DNA of 64,000 bases, taken from NCBI RefSeq assembly GCF_006345805.1, contig NC_042998.1, positions 103,664,001-103,728,000 of the forward strand, read 5' to 3'. Below are positions 53,216 to 64,000 of the stretch, one piece after another (position 1 is the stretch's first letter; each line of letters opens with the position of its first letter). The notes beneath the pieces are model-generated. The model was given only the letters and a program-made list of their open reading frames with translations. It was not told the DNA's origin and made no database searches. Source of the stretch: Octopus sinensis. Its lineage: Eukaryota. The position numbers and the translations under genes were made by a program.

Positions 53216-53869
53216 CATATAGATATATACAAACACCTTCACATTCACAAACCCTACACACACTCGCACATATGCACATATATTTACATATGTATGTGTA
53301 TGTATACATATATCTATAGAAGACTTGACTGAGTTTGAGATTATCTTGTTCCATAGAGGAGTTTATTGGTTTTCTTTGCTTTTCCTCCTTCAGGTGGCAG
53401 CAGTAATATTTCTATATGTTTTAAGCTTTCTAAACTTTAGCGATCTCATCTTCTGAATGAAGTAATGATAGTGGTGCGTTGTTATAGCATGAATTTAGAA
53501 GGTAGCAAAGGATTGTAGGAACGGTGGTGTAATAGATGTTAGCGAAATCGCCCTATTCAACACAAGCTGACTTCCTCGAATTCATTTCATATACATGGAC
53601 TTTTCACCAGCCGACTTTCAATATTCCTTTCATAAATGGACAAATGTGTGTGTGTGAGAATGAGCGTGACATTTTTATATACATGCTTTATTTAATTAAG
53701 ACATGTCTAACTTTATGTATGTGTGTGCTTCTGTGTGTGTGTGCGTGTGTGTGTGTAAGTATATATTCTTGTACTATATATATATATTATATATATATAT
53801 ATATATATTATATATATTATATATATATATATATAAATATATATATATATACATACATGTTTATAGAAG

Positions 53870-55050
53870 AGATATTTTTCCCGTTTGTTTGTCCACCAAA
53901 ATGAAGCTAAATGGTTCAGGGGAATCCATTACGCTTTTCTATCACTTTCTTTCTTATATTCAAAATGAAAGAACCTAGTTCAAGGGAAGCTATTATACTA
54001 TTGCCTTAGTTTTTACATTCAATCTAATACGTAATCCAATTGATTCTGTCGATGATGTGGTGGATAAAATATTTCCTAATCTTCTTCATAATTACAACAG
54101 TACAAATTGGATCTGTGAGCGACCTATCCTGGTTCCAAAAGATGTTCTTGTATAAATAATGTGCTATTGAATAAACTTCCGGGAGAAGTATTCACTTATA
54201 ACGCAATTGACAGGGCTGTTGATGATCAGGATATTGTTAACTACCCCATCGAATGTTTGAACTCACTAGAACTAACAGTTACAGCAACTTATTGTCTTCA
54301 CCTGACAAAAAGGGACTCTTGTTATGCTACTGTGTAATTTGTCTCAACCACTATTATGTAATGGTACAGGATTAATTGTTCACAAACTTATGACGAAGTG
54401 CATTGAAGCAAATATTCTCATTGGTTGTAAAGATGAGACCGTTTTATTCCTCGCATAAAAGTTATACAGTATAAAGTCCCATTCGAATTTAAGAGGTTAC
54501 AGTTTCCTGTCCCACTTTCTTTTGCCATTAGCATTAATAAAAGTCAGGGCTAAAAACTAAATGTTGTTTAATTGCAACCTGAAAAAACCATGCTTTTCAC
54601 ATGGCCAATTTTATGTAGGGGCATCACGCGTGGAAGCAAAAGCAAATCTTTTTGCATATGCACCCGAAATAAAAAAAAAAAAACAACACTTTCTTAATGT
54701 TCACTCTTAATGCAACTTGAATAACTCAATAACTTAATTTATCATTACAATCGTTACATTCAAGAATGAGTAAATTACCTATTTAAATGAAGTGTATTAT
54801 ATATAATTGCCATTATTGTACTGGTAAATAAAATAACACATACAACTCACTTATTATAATCAAATAATAAACAAACAGAAATTCATGTATTAAATTGATC
54901 TTTTTCCTACTTCAATTATTACATGTTTTTTCTCTTATAAATATACACACATACAAGAGGAGCAAATTATGGATGTAATAATAACTTTGAATATAGCTCT
55001 CGAGAAGCCGTAAAAGTAATTACCCGATCAACAACGAGTATTACTGCTAG
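53870..55050 (+). mobile_element. Helitron remnant with PIF1-family helicase C-terminus (pseudogene ~54040-54665)
   Basis: WICERPILVPKD, YPIECLNSLE, LCNGTGL, PFEFKRLQFPV..SFAISINKSQG and PCFSHGQFYVGASRV; 3' end CCCGATCAACAACGAGTATTACTGCTAG|T. Confidence 0.9.
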
Positions 55051-55051
55051 T

Positions 55052-55087
<36 letters not shown>

Positions 55088-55125
55088 ATATATTATATAT
55101 ATATATATATGTGTGTGTTGTATGT

Positions 55126-55173
<48 letters not shown>

Positions 55174-55189
55174 ATCTATATATATATAC

Positions 55190-55860
55190 ATAGTGTAGAT
55201 CGTTAAACGGTAAAGAGACATTGTATTTCCAATATAGCACTCAATACGAACACTTGGCTATCAAGACTCTAGAATTGGAACAGTGAGATAAAACTGAATG
55301 TCCACTAGTACAGAACCTGAGTAGTAATAATTGTTTCTGTAACACTTCGATTTTGAAGTTATTCCATGTAAATGATTCCAAGTGAAAATTTATGCATAGA
55401 TTAAATAGGGGTGGCACCTCATCAGGCTGGCATCACATCGCACAATTTAACAGCGCACGACTAACTTTGTAGGAAATCTGACATGTTTCAAACACGTAGA
55501 AGGTAGAGCACCTGTCGAAAAGCTATTCCTCATTAAAATTGTTAATTTGTATGTTATTGATTGTCATTTTTCATTGCACCCTGCATATATCAGTCCAAAA
55601 AAAACATTCGGAGGTCTTGGAGGAACAAGCAGTTGAAATTTGACGCGTCTGCAATAGAGTCGAACGCGATTGCGGCAATTCAAAACTGACATTTCCGTAG
55701 ATACTTGTAACGGTACAGAAGACGTTGAAACGGAGAGGTACTAATGGTGTTTAAAGCTGGAGGCTTGAGATGCTGATGAAAGTTAGCATGGCATTCATGA
55801 TGCAGAGGAGATTAATTAATACTGAAAACTCATCGTGTTCTGTGAGTATTATATAGACAC
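55190..55860 (-). mobile_element. Decayed Tc1/mariner-like transposase remnant
   Basis: Minus-strand LYRYKY...R...FWTD order resembles the (H/Y)PYK...R..F...WTDE pattern. Confidence 0.35.
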
Positions 55861-56010
55861 ATAGAAATGTGAACGTACTTTACCGGCAAACTACAAGCTG
55901 CATACCATACGATTTATCAAATGCTAACTGTATATATATGCGTGTGTATGTATGTATATACACGCAAATATACATACACACATACAAAAATGTATCACAC
56001 ACACACCACA

Positions 56011-56064
<54 letters not shown>

Positions 56065-56095
56065 TATATATATATAGGTATATATATACATATAA

Positions 56096-56720
56096 ATTAG
56101 AAAAAACACCTTTTATCAATTCAAAATGAACAGTTAAATTACACCATCTAGAAAATTACAAATAATAGAAATATTAAAAATAAAATAACAATAATATACC
56201 GATGATCAAGTAAATTGCAAAATAATAATAAAAACGTATATATTTGGTAGAATAATGGCACGGGTTTCGTGGCTATATTAAAGAAATGAATATAGTAAAA
56301 AATAATTAATAGTAGTAGTAAAATCACTTCGATATAAATATAGCCACTCATCAGGTTAAAAATAAACTAGAATAATAAAATAATTAATTGATAAATATAC
56401 GATAAAATATATCCGCGGAATGAGCTGCATGGATATTGATGCAGCCATATAAAGTATTTTATTTAACACTGAAATTATTATTACATGATAAAGGGTACGG
56501 AACAACCGTTATCCTGCAGATATCAAGTGGTTCGATAAACACATTCATCACTCATAATCCTTAGTATATAGTCTATATACTCCTCATGAAATAATTTTAA
56601 TCGACTGGATCTCTTGGAATTCAGCTACTTAGAATTTTGCATTATACTCTTCTGTATTGAATTAGTGTGTGAAATGATAGCCGAATCCATTAGATATGCT
56701 TTCTGGGATTGTCACAGGAT
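56096..56720 (-). mobile_element. PLE-type pLTR between TA arrays; partial homologue at 51210-51365
   Basis: Shared ATTAGAAAA..ACC..TTTTATCAATTC...TTAAATTA(C/T)ACCATCTAGAAAATT; contains the hammerhead at 56257-56357. Confidence 0.55.
56257..56357 (-). ncRNA. Hammerhead-like motif with a perfect 11 bp stem II and ~57 nt loop
   Basis: Minus strand CTGATGA-GTGGCTATATT...AATATAGCCAC-GAAAC-CC-GT; stem I not supported. Confidence 0.65.
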
Positions 56721-56730
56721 TCTATATGTG

Positions 56731-56773
<43 letters not shown>

Positions 56774-57425
56774 AAAATAAGCAACAAGGATATCCAAGGT
56801 AGTGTAGTGTAATCGTTTCATGCTACTTCATTTAATTAAACACTGTAAGTATTACATCAGTTTTAAAATGTCGAGCAATCTTTAGCCACATATAGAATTT
56901 TTTAATCAAACGGACAATGCACATTTTTATACTTATTTCATTTGCCAACATTACAAAGAGGGTAGATATATAGACAGAGAGGTTAATTTCAACATTAAGA
57001 ACATGGTGGTAGTATGTCCTTCTCCATCTGTAGATTTTTTATCACTGAGTTCCCTTTGTTATTTAGATCTATCAGTGGGGAGGGGGTTTCTATTCTTGGT
57101 TCAATGGAGACAAACAATAATTTTTTTCTATTTATAGATAGAGTAAGGGGTAGTACAAATGTCAAAGCGATAAATCCATCCTCATTTTGAGGAATTTAAC
57201 TTAGGCATATTTGAATGTATTATAGCAGAAGTTAGTAGGCTGAAGTTAGTGGGGTAGGGATAATAGAGACTACTAATGCTCTAGAGGTTTTTAATGTCCC
57301 TTACCATTTAACAGCCATGATTCTGCTTTTGAATTTTAAATAAATATCCTTTACATAGTTTTCCAAAGGATTCCAATAAATTTTAGTATCTTATATAGGG
57401 ATAGAAAATATAGAAATCATTTCAT

Positions 57426-57463
<38 letters not shown>

Positions 57464-57620
57464 ATATATTATATATATATATATATAATATATCCATTCT
57501 ATTAATATAGAATCATAGTTAGTTGTAAATAGTGATTTACTTTATTAATGAGTTAATAAACGAATATGCTAGACATAATATTTACTATCTGTAAAAAAAA
57601 ACCTATAAGATATATTAAAA

Positions 57621-57720
57621 NNNNNNNNNNNNNNNNNNNNNNNNNNNNNNNNNNNNNNNNNNNNNNNNNNNNNNNNNNNNNNNNNNNNNNNNNNNNNNNN
57701 NNNNNNNNNNNNNNNNNNNN
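57621..57720. other. Assembly gap (100 N)
   Basis: Run of N. Confidence 1.
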
Positions 57721-57848
57721 AAACATTGCCAGATCAGAGATGGAAACTGGTGCAGCCAGACCTCTCAGCCAATCTCCAGACCTCTCAGTCAAACCATCCG
57801 TCCAACCCATGCCAGCATGGACAACGACGTTAAACGATGATGATGATA
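57721..57848 (+). mobile_element. 3' end of a LINE/SINE with a (GAT)n tail
   Basis: CCGTCCAACCCATGCCAGCATGGACAACGACGTTAAACGATGATGATGAT: a stem-loop plus microsatellite tail typical of RTE-group ends. Confidence 0.65.
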
Positions 57849-57850
57849 CA

Positions 57851-57883
<33 letters not shown>

Positions 57884-57901
57884 GCATACATGCATACATA
57901 C

Positions 57902-57950
<49 letters not shown>

Positions 57951-57989
57951 TGTAAATAGATACATGCACATATGTATATATGTATATAT

Positions 57990-58560
57990 ATAGGAAAGAG
58001 GGTTTGAAAATGCAGAGGTCTTTTAAAACTACAAATCTCTGAACAATACAAATCAAAATACGGCCTGTCTTTCCACAAATACTTGTTGGAGAATTGGAAA
58101 TGCTACTTGGATGACTGCCTTATCCCATGGTCTCACATATTCGAACAACTCAATGAATTCAAGAATTTAATCAACATTGTCAACAACCATATCCAATTTA
58201 CGATGGAATATAGTGAAGACCAACTTCAATTTCTAGACATTCTTATTGTAAAAAAAGCCACCAACATTAAAACTGATACCCACTACAAACCAACTGATTC
58301 TAACCAATACCTTCTGTTCACCTCCAATCACTCAAAGCATATAAAGGCAAACATCCCCTTCAATCTAGCGAGAAGAATCTGTAGAATTGTCTCAAATTTT
58401 AGAACGCGAAATAAAAGACCCCAAGAACTAAAAGCAATTCTTTTCGAAATACAGTACGCAGCATCATTAGTTGACAATGGAATAGAACGGGCCAAGACAA
58501 TCGATATGTAAGACTTACGAAAACCGAAACACATTCCATTTACTCCTCATTTGGAACATT
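57990..58560 (+). mobile_element. Penelope-like reverse transcriptase fragment (ORF 58083-58511)
   Basis: WKCYLDDCLIPW (YxDD), IQFTME...LQFLDI, YKPTDSNQYL...S.H..HIK.NIPFNLARRICRIVS. Confidence 0.9.
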
Positions 58561-58589
58561 GAACGACAATATGAATCTTCGAAGGGTAG

Positions 58590-58719
58590 TTGCTTCCGCA
58601 GACCAAAATAAAATTGGGATTTGAGGAGGGTCACAGTTTTCACACCTACATCTACTTTGTGTCGGTCCTTCAGCCTCTTTGGGAGAATATTAAAATGCTG
58701 TGGGTCCTTGAAACCCAGG

Positions 58720-58722
<3 letters not shown>
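58590..58722 (-). mobile_element. CR1-type LINE small 3' fragment
   Basis: SLGFKDPQHFNILPKRLKD parallels FTSIGPALFNITP in the 51609 ORF. Confidence 0.55.
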
Positions 58723-58769
<47 letters not shown>

Positions 58770-58920
58770 TAGTACCTCTCTCCCCATTTTTCTTCTATCA
58801 TCCCTTTCTGTCGAAGAACGTTGAATCGACCCGTCAAAGTCTTTTCCATTCTTCCCGACTGTCAAACTAACTCCCTCTCCTGTCTCTGTTCTTCTGTCTT
58901 TTGTTTTGTGTTCAGTTTAA
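58770..58920 (+). mobile_element. PLE pLTR with degenerate hammerhead (58804-58839)
   Basis: CTTT-CTGTCGA-agaac gttg aatc-GACCC-GTC-AAAG; downstream sequence is homologous to the 16300-16422 copy. Confidence 0.6.
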
Positions 58921-59057
58921 CCACATACATACATACATACATACATACATACATACATACATACATACATACATACACACACAACACACATACATACATA
59001 CATACACATACATACATACATACATACATACATACATACTTACGTACGTACGTACAT

Positions 59058-59399
59058 GAGTAAATGTAAAGATAAACAAGTTTGGTAAGTCGATATGCAA
59101 AAAATATTAAAGTCATTTAATACAAAAAATGTAGATATGTTTAAATAAGAATGTCCGACTTACACAGAAGAGAAACGATATCAGGAAATAAAGGGGTTGG
59201 ATAAGACTTAACGAGTCCACCAGCTGTTTCTGGGGGCTTGGTGATCCAAAGAAACAGCTGTTGGACTCGTAAAACTGTTATTCAACCCTTTTAATTCCTG
59301 ACATCATTTCTGTTCTGCGTAAGTCGGACCTTCTTATATGTGAACAAGTGTACGTTTTGTATATCAACGTGCCTAACTTGCTTATCCTTACATTTGCTC
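59058..59399. repeat. Long diverged inverted repeat (~150-170 bp arms)
   Basis: ACGAGTCCACCAGCTGTTTCT pairs with AGAAACAGCTGTTGGACTCGT, GTCCGACTTAC with GTAAGTCGGAC, and GAGTAAATGTAA with TTACATTTGCTC. Confidence 0.9.
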
Positions 59400-59482
59400 C
59401 TCTACCTGTTCAAGTTTAAATCTGTTGAGCACTTTGATGTGTATTCGATACTGAGAATCTCTCTCATATTTATACATACATG

Positions 59483-59513
<31 letters not shown>

Positions 59514-59753
59514 TGTGTCTGTGTGTGTGTGTGTGTGGTGTGTGTGTCTATGTGTGTATGCATGTATGTATGTATGCATATATATGTATATATATATATT
59601 ATGCTCGTATGAGTATAACCATATATTTATAGAAATGTGTTTGTGCCAAAGTTTCGGCATAGGTGGAAACGTATGTTTGCTTGTTCGAAGAATGAGTAAT
59701 TTAACCCCAATTCTCTTTTATGTGGCTACGTATAGCTGCGTTATTGATTTGAT

Positions 59754-60079
59754 GTGAAGGCGTGTGGCTTAGTGGTTAGGGCATTCGGCTGACGATTGTA
59801 AGGTCATGTGTTCAATTCCCGGCGACGCGTTGTGTCCTTGAGCAAGACACTTTATTTCACGTTGCTCCAGTCCATTCAGCTGGCAAAAATGAGTTGTACA
59901 TGTATTTCAAAGGGCCGGCCTTGTCACACTCTGTGTCACACTGAATCTCCCTGAGAACTACGTTAAGGGTACACGTGTCTGTGGGTTGCTCAGTCACTTG
60001 CACGTTAATTCCACGAGCAAGCTGTTCCGTTGATCGTATCAGCTGGGACCCTCGTCGTCGTAACCGACGGAGTGCTCCC
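59754..60079 (+). mobile_element. tRNA-derived CORE-like SINE (OR-like) sharing its 3' half with family C
   Basis: Head GGCGTGTGGCTTAGTGGTTAGG..GTTCAATTCCC; GTGTCCTTGAGCAAGACACTT (CORE-like); common tail from TGTATTTCAAAGGGCCGGCC. Confidence 0.85.
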
Positions 60080-60839
60080 CTATAGATATGATATTTGACA
60101 CAATTCACCGTATTTGTTTATATAAATGCGTACATTCGCTTTTGTATGAGTATATATGACTGTATATGGTGTGCTTAAGCATTTGTATTTTTGTGCCTCT
60201 GTGTGTGTGTATGCTCTTAAAACTATTTTTTAAGTGTGAATGTACATATGCATTTCACATAACTTCATGTAAGTACACCATAAAATAAAAGTCTACGCGC
60301 CTTTGTATATGTAGATGTTTATATATATATATATATATGCATCTGTATGTGTGTGTGTATACGTGCGGGGTGCGTGTGCGAGTGCGTATTCTTCTTCCTG
60401 TATACACGAACATATGTGTGCATATGTGGGCATCTTATGTCTGCATGTGTGTGTGTGCGCGCGTATGAATATAGGTTTATATATATATATATATATATAT
60501 ATGTGTCTGTTCTTTTATTATTCAATTCTTATTATACTTATATGTGTTATTCCTTATTTGTTTTATTTCTTTCTTCTCCAGTTTCGATTCCAGCGTGAGA
60601 TAAAAGAATCGATAGAGCGTTGGAGAAATTATGGATGCGATTGAAATAAAAAAGAGAATGTGATAATTTCAAAGATATTTAAAACAAACACGATCGCTGA
60701 CAAAATTATTGAATATAAGAGTCTGGACGATGTGTGTGCTTCTAAGTGAGTGAGTGTGTGAGTGTGTATGTGTGTATGCGCGTGTATATGCACACACATA
60801 TATATGTGTGTGTATGTGTGTGTGAGTGTGTGTATGTGT

Positions 60840-61357
60840 GTGTGTGTGATGTGTCGTGGGTGTGTGGTGTGTCGTGTGTGTATGTGTGATGTGTCGTGTG
60901 TGTATGTGTGATGTTTCGTGTGTATGTGTGTGTGTGTGTGATGTGTCGTGTGTGTGTGATGTGTCGTGTGTGTGATGCGTCGTGTGTGTGTGTGTGTCGT
61001 GTGTGTGATGTGGGGTGTGTATGTGATGTGTCGTGTGTGTGTGATGTGTCGTGTGTGTGATGTGTCGTGTGTGTGATGTTTCGTGTGTGTGTGTGTGTGT
61101 GTGTGTGAGATATGTCATGTGTGTGTGATGTGTCGTGTGTGTGTGAGGTGTCGTGTGTGTGTGATGTGTGTCGTGTGCGTGTGATGTGTGTGTGTGTGAT
61201 GTGTCGTATGTGTGTGATGTGTGGTGTGTGTGTGATGTATCGTGTGTGTGTGATGTGTCGTGTATGTGTGATGTGTCGTGTGTGTATGATGTGTCGTGTA
61301 TGTGTGATGTGTCGTGTGTGTATGATGTGTGGTGTGTGTGTGATGTGTCGTGAGTGT
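60840..61357. repeat. Minisatellite with unit ~(GT)nGATGTGTC, typically ~16-18 bp
   Basis: Roughly 30 visible units. Confidence 0.9.
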
Positions 61358-61436
61358 GTATGAAGTTACTATGTAGGCTTCATAGCGACAATGCAAAAAA
61401 GCAAGTTTTTCTCGATCCCCATCTCTCATTGGAGCA

Positions 61437-61497
<61 letters not shown>

Positions 61498-61502
61498 ATC
61501 TA

Positions 61503-61547
<45 letters not shown>

Positions 61548-61624
61548 ATATATATATATATATATATGTATACACACACACATACATACATACATACATA
61601 TACACATATATATACTCTTTTTTT

Positions 61625-61840
61625 TACTCTTTTAGTTGTTTCAGTCATTTGACTGTGGCCATGCTGGAGCACCGCCTTTAGTCGAGCAAATCGACCCTAG
61701 GACTTATTCTTTGTAAGCCTAGTACTTATTCTATCGGTTCTTTTGCTGAACCGCTAAGTTATGCTGACGTAAACACACCAGCATCGGTTGTCAAGTGATG
61801 TTGGTGGAGGGGGGGGACAAACACAGACACACAAACATAT

Positions 61841-61879
<39 letters not shown>

Positions 61880-62051
61880 CATATATACGACGGGCTTCTT
61901 TCAGTTTCCGACTACCAAATCCACTCACAAGGCTTTGGTCGGCCCGAGGCAATAGTAGAAGATACTTGTCCAAGGTGCCACGCAGTGGGACTGAACCCGG
62001 TACCATGTGGTTGGTAAACAAGCTACTTACCACACAGCCACTCCTACGCCT
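61625..62051 (-). mobile_element. SINE family A, full length
   Basis: Reverse complement of the 39725 copy. Confidence 0.9.
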
Positions 62052-62056
62052 ATATA

Positions 62057-62850
62057 TCTTTATATATCAAAGTAAGGTCGTGTGCTGTCTGTCTCCTACG
62101 ATTTAGATTCCTAACTACTCCCAAATTTTGCGGTGCAGTTTAACCAAAACCGGGTATCTTATAGTCGTGATTCATATCGAGCCCTTCTGGGTATTAGCGT
62201 CTACGATGAGTCTACGATTAAAAAAAAAAATTACCATCAATTTTTCCCATTTTTAATGCATTTTTGGCATATATAAGGGAAGTAACTCTCTAAAAGTTTT
62301 TTTATTAAATCACAGAACGTAAAAAGCTACAGTAACACCCCGCTTTGTGGTTAGCCATATTGAGATGGCTATTATACTTTACATCTCTAAAAATGCTTAT
62401 ATAGTTATTTCCCTTACAAACCCGAGCAACGCCGGGCGATACTGCTAGTCTTTATATATAAAAGAGAGGTTGTGTGCTGTCTGTCTCCTACGATTTAGAT
62501 TCCTAACTACTCCCACATTTTGCGGTGCAGTTTAACTAAAACCGGGTATCTTATAGTCGTGATTCATATCGAGCCCTTCTGGGTATTAGCGCGCATCTAC
62601 GATGAGTCTACGATTTAAAAAAAAAATTACCATCATTTTTTCCCATTTTAATGCATTTTTCCGCTATTATATAAGGTAAGTAACTATCTAAAAATGTCTA
62701 CGATGAGTCAACGATTAAAAAAAAAAATTACCATAATTTTTTTTTCCATTTTTAATGCATTTTTTTGCTATTTTTTGGCTATAACTCTCTAAAAATGCTT
62801 ATATAGTTATTTCCCTTACAAACCCGAGCAACGTCGGGCGATACTGCTAG
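62057..62850 (+). mobile_element. Head-to-tail dimer of non-autonomous Helitrons (62057-62448 and 62449-62850)
   Basis: A|TCTTTATATA...CCCGAGCAACGCCGGGCGATACTGCTAG|TCTTTATATA...CTGCTAG|T. Confidence 0.92.
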
Positions 62851-62864
62851 TATATATATAAAAG

Positions 62865-63180
62865 AAAAAGAAAAACACTGTATACCAGATTAAGTGCCAT
62901 GAAGGGACTTGTGCGGTTATCCCAGAGTCATATATTGGTGAGAATTCTAAGAGCATCAATGATGGGTTCAAAGAACACCTGGACAACTACATTGAAGAAA
63001 AACAAAATCTATCTTCCATCAGTATGCTGTAGACTGCCACAACGGCTCCTTAGGGAGACTTAGGCAAAACATATCTACACAACTCACAGGTGTAATACTG
63101 GCTGAGACAAGTTACAGAAGCTGTTTGTATACAGGAATACAAATCCACCCTCAACCGTAAATCCGAATAGGGTAGCACCC
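62865..63180 (+). mobile_element. Penelope-like GIY-YIG endonuclease fragment
   Basis: YQIKCHEGTCAVIPESYIGENSKSINDGFKEH...RQVTEAVCIQEYKSTLNRKSE*G. Confidence 0.85.
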
Positions 63181-63286
63181 AGATTCCACTCAGGAGTACC
63201 TATCTATAATCACCCCTTTCTCTCATTTACATGTAGAAATCCATACGTACATGTTGAGATATATGATACTGAAATACATATATATA

Positions 63287-63667
63287 TCTCTCTATATATA
63301 AACGGCAGTTTGTCTGTGCGTGTTTCTGTGTGTCTGTTTGCTTGTACCCTCACCCTGACCACGGCTTTCAACCGATTCTGATGAAACTTGACACACACAT
63401 AGCCCAATGTCATAATTCAAAACTAACGCAGCGAAAATTTTGAAAAGTTCCCCCAGTTCTGAAAATAATCGATAAATTCGACATGGGGTCGAGAATCAGA
63501 AACACGAACAACTGTCTAGGAGACGCAACTCCACCTTTTTTAAATCTCAAAAAAAAATTTACCATCATTTTTTTCCATTTTTTTGCTATTTTTTGGCTAT
63601 AACTCTCTAAAAATTCTTTATAGTTATTTCCCTTACAAACCTGAGCAACGCCGGGCGATACTGCTAG
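63287..63667 (+). mobile_element. Non-autonomous Helitron with a different 5' half and the shared 3' end
   Basis: A|TCTCTCTATATATAAA...CCTGAGCAACGCCGGGCGATACTGCTAG|T. Confidence 0.9.
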
Positions 63668-64000
63668 TTTACATATAATCGTATGAGTTTATATGTGTGT
63701 ATGAGTGTGTACACGCATGCACGTATGTGTATATGTGCACATATGTGTGCGTGTGTATGCACATATATATGTATATGTCTATGAAAATTAAAATTTTAAA
63801 AAGTTCTTGAATTTTTAACCGTTGCCTGGGAAAATAGTGACATATTATGTAGATGGATAAGCGTATACGTTAAGATTATACGTAAATATGTGTGTATACG
63901 TGTTTATATGCTTGTGCATGCTTGTATATATGTACAGGTATGCTTATATTTGCATGTATGTATCTAAGACATCGTATCCATTCGCCGTTAGAAGGTGGTG

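Noticed and set aside
55410-55430. Minus-strand CTGATGAG
   Set aside because: No downstream stem II closure or GAAAC.
60840-61357. CRISPR-like array
   Set aside because: There are no unique spacers or cas genes, and the context is eukaryotic.

Overview
Eukaryotic, very AT-rich, repeat-saturated DNA, either intergenic or intronic. The SINE families and microsatellite load look like an octopus (coleoid cephalopod) genome; this is inferred from recognised repeat sequences, not from a search. No host protein-coding exon, rRNA or true tRNA can be supported, and almost all listed ORFs are translations of microsatellites. The window is a layered transposon graveyard: Tc1/mariner elements (one TIR-to-TIR DD37D copy), hAT remnants, Helitrons (a helicase remnant and four non-autonomous insertions, one a head-to-tail dimer), R4/Dong-type, RTE and CR1-type LINE fragments, several SINE families, and many Penelope-like element (PLE) fragments. 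The most interesting signal is about ten minimal type I hammerhead-ribozyme-like motifs of the PLE kind and six long foldback inverted repeats, most lying next to microsatellites. Several of the foldbacks turn exactly at the stem II position of a hammerhead half or contain the hammerhead. This suggests a class of hammerhead-centred, snap-back PLE-derived elements. Coordinates were counted by eye and boundaries of degenerate elements are approximate.
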